Shown here one piece after another: positions 1 through 8,663 of a stretch of DNA of 52,734 nt. The position numbers and the translations under genes are program-made. The notes under the pieces were generated by a model. The model saw nothing but the letters and a program-made list of their open reading frames with translations. It ran no database searches and had not been told where the DNA came from. The stretch comes from Verrucomicrobiota bacterium (GTDB lineage: Bacteria > Verrucomicrobiota > Verrucomicrobiia > Opitutales > Seribacteraceae): the NCBI GenBank assembly GCA_027622665.1, contig JAQBYT010000030.1:1-52734 (forward strand), written 5' to 3'. Numbering within the stretch: the stretch's first letter is position 1; each line of letters starts with the position of its first letter.

Positions 1-499
1 CTGGATTGCCACGTCAGTTCTCTTCGAGACCTTCCTCGCAATGACATAAAAGTGAGGAGACCTGATTGGTACGCCCTACCGGGCTCGCAATGACAGCACA
101 GGGTGATACGCCCGAAAACCTGAGCCGAACCCACCTCGCCCGCCACTTCCCCCTTTGTCATTGCGAGGAGCGTAGCGACGCGGCAATCCAGCGGTCGTTT
201 GGGCAACCCCTATGTTTTTGCGTTGTCATTGCGAGGAGCGCAGCGACGCGGCAATCCAGCGGTCGCGTCCGGGAACCCCCGCATCGTCCCGGCCTCCCGC
301 ATGACGCCTCAGACTGGATTGCCACGTCAGTTCTCTTCGAGACCTTCCTCGCAATGACATAAAAGTGAGGAGACCTGATTGGCACGCCCTGCAGGGTTCG
401 CAATGACAGAGAGTGTGAGCAATTGCCACGCCCTGCCGTGCTCGCAATGACAGCGTAGGGTGATACGCCCGAAAACCTGAGACGAACCCACCTCGCCCT
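1..499. repeat. Cluster of about 7 palindromic REP/RPE-like units (GTCATTGCGAG...GCAATC family) in both orientations; 1-140 is also directly repeated at 314-498
   Basis: Forward units tgtcattgcgaggagcg[t/c]agcgacgcggcaatccag at 156-191 and 224-259. Reverse units ending tcgcaatgaca at 1-46, 64-95, 314-359, 377-408 and 421-452. 1-69 is identical to 314-382, and gggtgatacgcccgaaaacctgag..gaacccacctcgccc occurs at both 101-141 and 458-498. Confidence 0.9.
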
Positions 500-518
500 T
501 TTTTATAGGGTGAGGTGG
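488..518. terminator. Stem-loop, possible terminator or repeat end
   Basis: ccacctcgccct-tttttat-agggtgaggtgg forms a 12-bp stem with one G-U pair; there is no clear U-tract. Confidence 0.35.
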
Positions 519-567
519 ACGAGGGTTTGTTTGACTCTGGTGCGAACAGTCGTTTTAGTTGGTGGGC

Positions 568-984
568 GTGTCTGATGAGCCTAAAATCGTATCTGCGGAA
601 ATCCCGCCCAAGCTTCTGGTGAAGATGGAGGCCTATATGAGGCTTTCGGGCTGGGATGCCAAGGATATGGAGAAGCATGCGTTGACCACTCTTTTCGAGG
701 TGGCCGAATCGCAGGACTATCCACCGGCGATACCCGATCCTTGTTTGGCTCTGGGCAAACTGATACGGGCTGCGCAATCGGCGGAGTCTGGACGGAAGCC
801 CGCACCCGAATATGGGAGCGGGGGGAAGAAAAAGGGGGTTACCTTCCAGCCGTTTTCCAAGAACGAGGTGGATGATGCGCTTGCCCACGTTATACCGGGG
901 GCTTCGTCTTGGATGTTGGAGCTGGAGAAGAAAAAGGCGGAAGAGAAGGCGGATGTGGATTCGGATTCGAGTCCGGCTTCTTGA
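568..984 (+). CDS. Hypothetical protein with a possible N-terminal ribbon-helix-helix-like segment
   Basis: ORF 559..984, likely GTG start at 568; codon usage resembles the adjacent dnaE; no family confidently recognised. Confidence 0.65.
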   Translation: MSDEPKIVSAEIPPKLLVKMEAYMRLSGWDAKDMEKHALTTLFEVAESQDYPPAIPDPCLALGKLIRAAQSAESGRKPAPEYGSGGKKKGVTFQPFSKNEVDDALAHVIPGASSWMLELEKKKAEEKADVDSDSSPAS

Positions 985-1064
985 TCGGTTTTTTTCGGGC
1001 AAGAACGAGCACGTGCGCAAGTTGACCTTGAACGCAGGGGGCGTTTGGTTGATTGCTAGGGACA

Positions 1065-4000
1065 ATGGCTAAGAAGGATACGGATTTCGTTCACCTGCAC
1101 GTGCACTCCGATTTCAGCTTGCTGGACGGGTGCTGCAGGATGGATCGCCTTATGGAACGGGCGCGGGAGATGGGGCATACGGCGATGGCGCTTACGGACC
1201 ACGGGAACTTGTTCGGCACCATATCGTTCCTTAAGCAGGCGGAGAAGAACGGGATAAAGCCCTTGATCGGTTGCGAGGCGTACCTGGTGGCCGACCACAA
1301 GAACGTGGAGCGCCCCGGGCGTGACAAGCACACCTATTATCACTTGGGAATGTTGGCCAAGGATTACGAGGGGTACAAAAACTTGTCGCTGCTGGTTTCG
1401 GATGCCCACGTGAATGGCTTTTACTACCATCCTCGGACGGATATGGAAAAGCTTGCGGAGCACGCCCAGGGGTTGATCGGTTTTACGGGTTGCTTGAAGG
1501 GGAGGGTGCCCCAACTTTTGTTGCAAGAGGATTACGAGGCGGCTCGCACCGCGATGGGCGAGTTCGTGGATATTTTCGGTAAGGAGAATTATTTCGTGGA
1601 ACTACAGAACCACGGGATTCCCCTGCAGGTGCAGATTATTCCCGATCTCCTGAAGCTGGCCAAGGAGTTCGACTTGAAGGTGGTGGGTTCCAACGACGTA
1701 CACTATGTGCGCCGAGAGGACTGTGACCCCCACGACGCGTTGCTCTGCATCCAGACGGGATCGAAGTTGGATGACCCGAAGCGAATGCGATACGACGGCA
1801 AGGAGTTCTACCTGAAGTCGCGGGAGGAGATGGAAATGATCTTTCGCGAGGTGCCCGAGGCGGTGACCAACGTGTTCGGTGTGGCCGAGATGTGCGACGT
1901 GAAGCTGCCTTTCGGCGAGAACCATTATCCGGTGTACCCGATGCCGGTGGAGATTTCGGAGGAGTTCGGGGATCGTCCGTCCTACCTGAAAAGCCTCTGC
2001 GACAAGGGAATGGTGGAGCGCTACGAACTTTCCTATCTGAAGGAGGGGGCGAGGGGTGAGGATACCGATGCCAAGGTGTTGGAACTGTGCGAGCGGGTGG
2101 ACTACGAGCTGAGCATCATCGACTCGTCGGGTTTCAACGACTATTTCCTGATCGTGGCGGACTTTATAAAGTGGTCTCGCGAACAGGACATTCCGGTAGG
2201 ACCCGGGCGTGGCTCCGGCGCAGGGTGCCTGGTCGCCTACTTGTTGGGGATCACCGATATCGATCCTTTGCGGTTCGGCTTGCTGTTCGAGCGATTCCTC
2301 AATCCCGAACGAGTTTCGCCGCCCGATTTCGACATCGACTTCTGTATGCGCCGCCGTGGCGAGGTGATCGAGTACGTGCGGGAAAAGTACGGGCGAGAGT
2401 GCGTGGCCAACATTATAACCTTCGGTACCTTCGGGGCCAAGATGGTGATGCGGGACGTGGCCCGAGTGCGGGACGTTCCCTTCGCGGAGGCGGATCGCAT
2501 GGCAAAGATGGTACCCGACGACTTGAACATATCGTTGGCCGCCGCGATCGAGAAGAATCCCGAGTTCAAGGCGGAGTACGAGAAAAACCCGATCTGCAGG
2601 CAAATCGTCGACACGGGCAAGGTGATCGAGGGCATGGTGCGCAACGTCGGTACGCATGCGGCGGGGGTGATCATCGCCGACCGTCCGCTGCGGGAATTGG
2701 TGCCGCTTACCTTGCAGGACGGTATTTTGACCACGCAGTTCTCCAAGGATCCGGTGGAGGACTTGGGCCTGTTGAAAATGGACTTTTTGGGTCTGAAGAC
2801 CTTGACCGTGATATCCGAGGCGGAGGCCCACGTGAGGCGGACCACGGGCGACGAAACATTCAGCGTGAGCGACGTGACCCTTGAGGACGAAGCCACCTTC
2901 GCCTTGCTAAACGATGCACAGACGATCGGCGTGTTTCAACTGGAGTCGGACGGCATGAGGCGTCTCTGCAGGCAGATGAACATCATGAACATCGATGAGA
3001 TCATCGCCCTAATCGCCCTTTACCGGCCGGGGCCGATGGAGTGGATCCCCGACTATATCAAGGGCAAGGAGGATTCCTCCACCATTCGCTTCCCCCATCC
3101 ATTGCTGGAGGATATCTGCGAGGAAACCTACGGCGTGATGGTGTACCAGGAGCAGGTTATGGAAGCGGCCAAGCTGGTGGCTGGTTATACCCTCGGCGGG
3201 GCTGATATTCTGAGGCGGGCAATGGGCAAGAAGAAGCCCGAGGAGATGGCCAAGCAACGCGAGATTTTTGTCAAGGGTGCCAAGGAAACCAACGATATCG
3301 ACAAGAAGAAGGCGGACGAGATATTCGATATTTTGGAGAAGTTCGCGGGCTACGGTTTCAACAAATCGCACTCGGCGGCCTACGGGATAATCAGCTACCA
3401 GACGGCCTACCTGAAGGCGAACCACCCCGTGGACTTCATGGCGGGTGTGCTTTCCTGCGAATTGGGAAATGCGGAAAAGCTTTCCCACTTCATCGGGGAG
3501 TGCTCGGAAATGTGTATATCGGTACTGGGCCCGGACGTGAACGAATCGGGGGGAAGCTTCACCCCCGTTCACGGGAAAAAGGGCGATAAGGGGAGCATCC
3601 GTTTCGGTCTGGCTGCGGTGAAGGGCGTGGGCGACGTAGCATCCAGGTTAGTCATTGCCGAGCGGGAGGCGAACGGACTCTTTGAGAGCTTTAGCGATTT
3701 TGCCGAGCGAGTGGATCCGAAAGCAGTGAACAAAAGGGTGTTCGAGTGTTTGGTCAAGACGGGATCGTTCGATTCCTTGGGAGAGAATCGAGCGGCTTTG
3801 CTTATGGATCTCGATCGCATCATGGGGGAAGCCCAGTTGCGTCGGAAGGATCGTGATGCGGGGCAGGGCACCTTGTTCGATATGATGGGTGCGGATATGA
3901 TGGATGCGGGTCCGGTTTTATCGCCGACCTCCGACTCCGATTCCGTAGGCTTCGGTACGGCCCAAGTGAAGGAATTGGACGAACTGGAGCAACTTTCCTA

Positions 4001-4676
4001 TGAAAAAGAGTTGCTGGGTTTTTACCTTTCGGGACACCCCGTGGATACGCTTGGCGGACTTGGGGAGCTTGCTTCCGATGTGACGGCCAAGGATCTCGAG
4101 GCCGTGGAGGGCAAGCGCCCCTTCCGACTTTGCGGAGTTATCGCCGAGGTGGAAAAACGTTTTACGAAGAAGGATGGTCGCCCATGGGCACGCTTTAACT
4201 TGGCCGCGAAGGAGAAGGATTTTTCCCTTATGGTCTTTTCCGAGACCTACGAACAGTACGGAGTAAACTTGGTCGAGGGCGAAATCGTGATCGTGGAGGG
4301 TGTGGCTTCGGAAAGAAATGGCGAGACCCGCGTGAACGTCGTTTCTCTCTTGCCTGCCGAAAGATCGCTGGCGAAGATTACCAAGGAGGTGACTTGGTTA
4401 CTCGAACACGATAGCGAGCATGCAAAAGCTTTCATGCTGGAGGTTCATGCCGTCTCGGGAGAAGGCCGAGGACATACCCGGATGCATTTCGCCTTTGCCG
4501 CTGCGAATGGAGATGATGCCCTTGTTGCGGAAACTGATCCCCGGTTTACGGTGAGCTTCTCTTCCGAGGGGTTCAAGGCATTGCGGGCGCGTTCGGGTGT
4601 GATTGGAGCCAAGGTGGTCTTGGCACCGCCTCCTCCGCCGGAGGAACCTGCCTGGGCGAAGCGAGCCAAGCGCTGA
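1065..4676 (+). CDS. dnaE: DNA polymerase III alpha subunit
   Basis: PHP motif FVHLHVHSDFSLLDG, GPGRGSGAG, ERVSPPDFDIDF, GLLKMDFLGL, FAGYGFNKSH and a C-terminal OB fold; ATG at 1065. Confidence 0.99.
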   Translation: MAKKDTDFVHLHVHSDFSLLDGCCRMDRLMERAREMGHTAMALTDHGNLFGTISFLKQAEKNGIKPLIGCEAYLVADHKNVERPGRDKHTYYHLGMLAKDYEGYKNLSLLVSDAHVNGFYYHPRTDMEKLAEHAQGLIGFTGCLKGRVPQLLLQEDYEAARTAMGEFVDIFGKENYFVELQNHGIPLQVQIIPDLLKLAKEFDLKVVGSNDVHYVRREDCDPHDALLCIQTGSKLDDPKRMRYDGKEFYLKSREEMEMIFREVPEAVTNVFGVAEMCDVKLPFGENHYPVYPMPVEISEEFGDRPSYLKSLCDKGMVERYELSYLKEGARGEDTDAKVLELCERVDYELSIIDSSGFNDYFLIVADFIKWSREQDIPVGPGRGSGAGCLVAYLLGITDIDPLRFGLLFERFLNPERVSPPDFDIDFCMRRRGEVIEYVREKYGRECVANIITFGTFGAKMVMRDVARVRDVPFAEADRMAKMVPDDLNISLAAAIEKNPEFKAEYEKNPICRQIVDTGKVIEGMVRNVGTHAAGVIIADRPLRELVPLTLQDGILTTQFSKDPVEDLGLLKMDFLGLKTLTVISEAEAHVRRTTGDETFSVSDVTLEDEATFALLNDAQTIGVFQLESDGMRRLCRQMNIMNIDEIIALIALYRPGPMEWIPDYIKGKEDSSTIRFPHPLLEDICEETYGVMVYQEQVMEAAKLVAGYTLGGADILRRAMGKKKPEEMAKQREIFVKGAKETNDIDKKKADEIFDILEKFAGYGFNKSHSAAYGIISYQTAYLKANHPVDFMAGVLSCELGNAEKLSHFIGECSEMCISVLGPDVNESGGSFTPVHGKKGDKGSIRFGLAAVKGVGDVASRLVIAEREANGLFESFSDFAERVDPKAVNKRVFECLVKTGSFDSLGENRAALLMDLDRIMGEAQLRRKDRDAGQGTLFDMMGADMMDAGPVLSPTSDSDSVGFGTAQVKELDELEQLSYEKELLGFYLSGHPVDTLGGLGELASDVTAKDLEAVEGKRPFRLCGVIAEVEKRFTKKDGRPWARFNLAAKEKDFSLMVFSETYEQYGVNLVEGEIVIVEGVASERNGETRVNVVSLLPAERSLAKITKEVTWLLEHDSEHAKAFMLEVHAVSGEGRGHTRMHFAFAAANGDDALVAETDPRFTVSFSSEGFKALRARSGVIGAKVVLAPPPPPEEPAWAKRAKR

Positions 4677-4784
4677 TGATGGTTTTTACTTGTTGGGGAT
4701 GGAGCGGGCACGAGCCGCGGAAGTGGCAAGTGACATGGCTTGTTTCTCCGTTTTCAGTAGAATCGAAATGTAGTCTCTTCGCAC

Positions 4785-4813
4785 TTGACCGTTTTTCTCG
4801 GCAAGTCTATTTT
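4785..4813 (+). promoter_or_regulatory. Putative sigma70 promoter of rpsU
   Basis: TTGACC (4785-4790), 17-nt spacer, TATTTT (4808-4813), 30 nt upstream of the ATG. Confidence 0.55.
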
Positions 4814-4842
4814 GGTCTGCTTTCTCTCATTCCATAAGCAAT

Positions 4843-5043
4843 ATGTCCGTTGAAATAAAGATTCGTAAGGGTGAAACCATGGACCGTGCCATTCGGCGCC
4901 TTAAGAAGCGTCTGGATCGCGAAGGTATTATTCGTGATGCTCGGGCCAAGCGGTATTTCGAGAAGCCCTCGGATAAGAAGCGTCGCGCCAGAGAAGTAGC
5001 TGCTTTCAGCCAAATGCTTCGGACGCGATACGAGAAACTTTAA
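4843..5043 (+). CDS. rpsU: 30S ribosomal protein S21
   Basis: 66 aa basic protein with GETMDRAIRRLKK and KRYFEKPSDKKRR, typical of bS21. Confidence 0.97.
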   Translation: MSVEIKIRKGETMDRAIRRLKKRLDREGIIRDARAKRYFEKPSDKKRRAREVAAFSQMLRTRYEKL

Positions 5044-5120
5044 TTCTTTCTCATTTCTCTTTGTTTTTTTGCCTCGCACAACTGCGTGGCGTTCTTAGTT
5101 ATTAGGTGTTTTAAACGCCT

Positions 5121-7079
5121 GTGTCTCAGCTAAGTCCCAGATTTACTCCGAATCTAAGAAAAGAGTGGGAGTTTTTTGATCGCGAGAATTCGAGTGCCCT
5201 AGAATATCGAAAATTGTGCCAACGTATGATCGACGTTGGCGATTCCCTTCTGGCTTATGACGTGGCGAAGGTTGGTTTGCAGAGATTTCCGGAAGATAGA
5301 ACACTCAGCCAAAAAGCCGCCTCAGCATTGATTAACGCGGGCTCTCCTCTTAAGGCTACCCGTATTCTCGAAGAAATGGTAGCTGTGGGAGATCGCGACG
5401 TCGAGGCACATAGCCTCCTCGCCAGCGCCTACAAGGATTTATGGGAGTATGCTTCCGATTCCGATAGTAAGAAACGATACGCCGAGCTTGCCATCGCTCG
5501 CTACAAGGAAGGGTTTTCCACCACAAGTTTCGATGCTTTTAAGCAAAGCCGCGTAAATGACGTCGATATCGAGTATTATCCGTGCATCAACGTAGCGTTC
5601 ATGTACTTTGTCTCCGGTGATGTGGAACAAGCCCGTTCCTATTCGACGCGAGCTTTGGATATCTGCCGGAACCTGAAGCAAAACTCACTTGGAGATTATT
5701 GGTCACAGGCAACGACCGGCGAGGCATACCTAATCGAAGGAGAGCTCGATGCCTCATTGGCAGCCTATGCGGAAGCGGTGGCCATGCCTGATGCCGAACC
5801 TGCCAAGATTGCGACCACCCGAACGCAGGCAATCCAGATTGCCTCCGCCTATGAAGACCCCATGGTATTGGAACAAATATCCGGCGTTTTCCCTCAGGCG
5901 GGAATAGTCGCTTGTTCCGGTCACGTTATCGATGAAATGGATGGGTCTGTTCGGTTTCCTCCGGAAGCCGAGGCATTGGCAAAGGCAGAAATCGAGGCGG
6001 CACTGGATAAACTCGATTGTTCTTACGGCTTCAGTTCCGCAGCCTGTGGTACGGACATTCTCTTTATCGAGGCCATGCTTGCCCGCGGAGGCGAGGTTCA
6101 CGTTTTTCTTCCTTTCTGCAAGAAGGATTTCATAGAGACAAGTGTCCGCCGTGCGGGGGGCAACTGGGTGCAACGGTTTGAACGCACCTTGGATAAAGCG
6201 CATTACGTTCATTACGTAACCGAGGAAGAATACCTCGGTGATGATACTCTCTTTGAGCTTTGTAACGATGTTCTTGTGGGGTTCGCCGCAATGCGAGCTC
6301 ATACATTGGACGAGGAGCCGAAACTACTTGTGCTCTGGAACGGTGAGGGTGGAAGTACCGGCGGCACCGGCCAGTTGGTTACCCGTTGGAGCAAGCGTTT
6401 CGGTCCCCCCGTGATAATCGATTCGGCCCAAATGCTGGCTTCAGCCGCGATAGAGTCGACACCTGTTCGCCAATCGGGTGAAACGAAACCTGCATTTCTC
6501 GTGCCGCCGTCTCGCACAGCTGAAGCAGGGCCTGTACGTCTAGTCAAGACCATGCTTTTCGCGGACGTCAAAGGCTTTAGCCAGCTTCCGGACTCGGATT
6601 CTCCCGTCTTCGTCGAACAATTTTTAGGAGGTCTTGCCGAGCTTTTGGACAAGCAATCACGTCGCCCTGTATTCATAAACACTTGGGGGGATGCCATCTT
6701 TTGCGTTTTCGACGAGGTCGAAGATGGTCTGGCCTTAGCCTTGGACTTGCGCGATTTTGTTTCTCAGACTGATTGGGCCAAGAAAGGCTTACCTTTTGAT
6801 TTTGACATACGTATTGCGCTGCATGCCGGGCCCGCTTATGCGGCCCATGATCCTCTTCTGCGCAAAACGAACTTTTTTGGGACTCACGTTAACAAGGCTG
6901 CTCGAATCGAGCCGATTGCCTTGCCTGGATGCGTTTACGTTTCGGAAACAGTCGCGGGTTTGCTTTCTTTTGGTCGTGACGACTTTGACTTCGAGTACGT
7001 AGGAAATATCGAGCTTGCCAAAGGATTCGGTAGTTTTCCCATTTACCTCTTGCAGCGTCCCGGGTACATTGATTACTGA
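5121..7079 (+). CDS. Multidomain protein: TPR-S/DUF4071 (MAP3K TRAF-binding-like) + SLOG-like nucleotide-binding domain + class III nucleotide (adenylate/guanylate-type) cyclase
   Basis: TPR-S motifs AYKDLW, YKEGF, YYPCINVA and DYWSQATTGEA. SLOG-like GIVACSGHVID..RFP, SSAACGTDILF, HVFLPF and LWNG..G..GGTG. Cyclase MLFADVKGFS, WGDAIF, RIALHAGP and GTHVNKAARIE. Confidence 0.85.
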   Translation: MSQLSPRFTPNLRKEWEFFDRENSSALEYRKLCQRMIDVGDSLLAYDVAKVGLQRFPEDRTLSQKAASALINAGSPLKATRILEEMVAVGDRDVEAHSLLASAYKDLWEYASDSDSKKRYAELAIARYKEGFSTTSFDAFKQSRVNDVDIEYYPCINVAFMYFVSGDVEQARSYSTRALDICRNLKQNSLGDYWSQATTGEAYLIEGELDASLAAYAEAVAMPDAEPAKIATTRTQAIQIASAYEDPMVLEQISGVFPQAGIVACSGHVIDEMDGSVRFPPEAEALAKAEIEAALDKLDCSYGFSSAACGTDILFIEAMLARGGEVHVFLPFCKKDFIETSVRRAGGNWVQRFERTLDKAHYVHYVTEEEYLGDDTLFELCNDVLVGFAAMRAHTLDEEPKLLVLWNGEGGSTGGTGQLVTRWSKRFGPPVIIDSAQMLASAAIESTPVRQSGETKPAFLVPPSRTAEAGPVRLVKTMLFADVKGFSQLPDSDSPVFVEQFLGGLAELLDKQSRRPVFINTWGDAIFCVFDEVEDGLALALDLRDFVSQTDWAKKGLPFDFDIRIALHAGPAYAAHDPLLRKTNFFGTHVNKAARIEPIALPGCVYVSETVAGLLSFGRDDFDFEYVGNIELAKGFGSFPIYLLQRPGYIDY

Positions 7080-7095
7080 CCTGTTCTATTCGATC

Positions 7096-8583
7096 ATGAT
7101 TGCGAACAATACCACTCCAGTGCCTTTTGAGGCTTATTCCGGAGAAGGCTCTTACACTTTTGTCAGTTATGCCCATGCCGATAAAGCCTTCGTATACGAA
7201 TGCATGGACTGGCTGCGAAAGCAAGGTGTTGATATGTGGTATGATGAGGGCATTGCCCCTGCCGGTGAATGGGTCGAGGAAATTGCCTCGGCGATAAAGG
7301 GGGCTAAGTTATTCATTGTTTTTATCTCTCCTGATGCGGTCGAGTCTCGATATGTGAGGAGCGAGGTCGGATACGCTCTAAGTCTAGACAAGGATATTCT
7401 TTCTATTTATCTAAAAGAGACGGATCTCCCGGCTGGTCTTGATCTCTGTCTTCAGCCCTTCCAGTCTATTCAGACTTCCGACACCGATTGGCGAAAAAAG
7501 GCCAAGCACACAGTCCTTGATCTCTTGGGGAAAACCGAGCCGCGGCCAAAAGTGATTGGAGTTTCTTCTGAATCCATCACCAAAGTAGATGTTTTCGAAG
7601 TCGATTTGTGGCCGATATGGGATGCTGCCAGCGAGGCACGGAGGCGGAGGATTCTTCGCCGACTTGAAACAACTAAAGATAAAGTTGTCCCTGTCCTTCC
7701 CCAAGAGGAAGTCGTTCCAGTTCCTCCCAAAGAGGACGATTTTTCACAGGGCAAGCTGGTTTTGCCAGCGAAACCTCCTAGTGACTTACCGATTGCGAGA
7801 AAGTCTCGAACGCCTTCAAATACTCGCATTCCCGTAGCTTTGGAGGCTAAGGTTGAAGCCAGAGCCGAAAGCGAGCCAAGTGTGCCGGAGGCGCATAAAG
7901 ACATCTTGGATTCCGATTACTCTTGGATACCCTCCGGTTCTCTTACCGTTTGGGTGCCCTATGTAAATGAGGCTCGTTCGGTTGACATGCATGAAGGGTT
8001 CTGGATGGGACAGCATCTGGTAACTCAAGAAAGCTACACCAGCGTCATGGGACAGAATCCCAGTCACATTGATGACGGAGAAGGCTTTTTCCGTGAAAAT
8101 TTGCCCGTAAACAATGTTTCCTGGCTCGATGCCGTATCTTTTTGCAAGGCAATGACCAATCTTGGCAAACGTCATGATCATTTGCCCAAGGGTTACGAGT
8201 ATCGACTGCCTTCAGAGGTGGAATGGGAATATGCTTGCCGAGCTGGATCTGCCACTGACTATTATTTCGGTGATGATCCTACGGATTTGTTTCAACACGC
8301 ATGGTTTAAAAACAACAGCAATAAGCAAATTCATCCAGTCGGATTGAAGCAATCTAACCCATTGGGGTTGTATGATCTCTACGGCAACATTCGAGAGTGG
8401 GTTGGCAATTCTTTCGTTAACACATTGCTTGGGGATAGCGAACAGGACGAGTTTCGAATAAGTCGTGGCGGTGGATACATGAAGAGCGCGGCGGAGTGCA
8501 AATCCTCATCGCGTTCCACGAATTCCCTCTACCACCGTTTTCGCAATCTGGGATTCCGTGTAGTCTTGGCCAAAGTATCCTAA
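7096..8583 (+). CDS. TIR domain + Pro-rich linker + FGE-sulfatase (SUMF1/CLec-fold) domain protein
   Basis: TIR_2 motifs FVSYAHAD, WYDEGI..GEW..EI..AI and SRYVRSEVGYA (catalytic Glu retained). FGE motifs PVNNVSWLDA, YRLPSEVEWEYACRAG, NPLGLYDLYGNIREW, RGGG and LGFRVV. ATG at 7096, 16 nt after the upstream stop; no signal peptide. Confidence 0.9.
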   Translation: MIANNTTPVPFEAYSGEGSYTFVSYAHADKAFVYECMDWLRKQGVDMWYDEGIAPAGEWVEEIASAIKGAKLFIVFISPDAVESRYVRSEVGYALSLDKDILSIYLKETDLPAGLDLCLQPFQSIQTSDTDWRKKAKHTVLDLLGKTEPRPKVIGVSSESITKVDVFEVDLWPIWDAASEARRRRILRRLETTKDKVVPVLPQEEVVPVPPKEDDFSQGKLVLPAKPPSDLPIARKSRTPSNTRIPVALEAKVEARAESEPSVPEAHKDILDSDYSWIPSGSLTVWVPYVNEARSVDMHEGFWMGQHLVTQESYTSVMGQNPSHIDDGEGFFRENLPVNNVSWLDAVSFCKAMTNLGKRHDHLPKGYEYRLPSEVEWEYACRAGSATDYYFGDDPTDLFQHAWFKNNSNKQIHPVGLKQSNPLGLYDLYGNIREWVGNSFVNTLLGDSEQDEFRISRGGGYMKSAAECKSSSRSTNSLYHRFRNLGFRVVLAKVS

Positions 8584-8663
8584 GTTGAAGGCTATTTGAT
8601 TTCTCGAAGTCATCGGGATTTCCATTGCCTCAGTCCCCGCGAAATGTAGCCTTATTTTTCCTC

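Noticed and set aside
66..403. ORFs 66..362 (+), 158..403 (-) and the end of 226..1065 (-)
   Set aside because: These are translations of the palindromic repeats (CHCEERSDAAI, VIARSAATRQS), a typical spurious-ORF signature.
1..499. CRISPR array
   Set aside because: Units occur in both orientations with irregular spacing and duplicated spacers, and no cas genes are present.
1602..2896. Long antisense and alternate-frame ORFs inside dnaE (similar ones in ccsA, mraY, ftsW, murG and ftsZ)
   Set aside because: Shadow ORFs expected from codon bias in GC-rich genes; they carry no recognisable motifs.
1065..4676. Intein or split in dnaE
   Set aside because: Normal length and continuous motifs; no intein splice motifs seen.
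7920..8583. Diversity-generating retroelement target in the FGE/CLec domain, or a true formylglycine-generating enzyme
   Set aside because: No template repeat or reverse transcriptase in the window; the paired catalytic Cys motif of FGE is absent.
5121..8583. Canonical Pycsar, Thoeris or CBASS call
   Set aside because: No cNMP-binding effector domain, no Sir2/Macro ThsA and no CD-NTase; reported instead as a non-canonical candidate.
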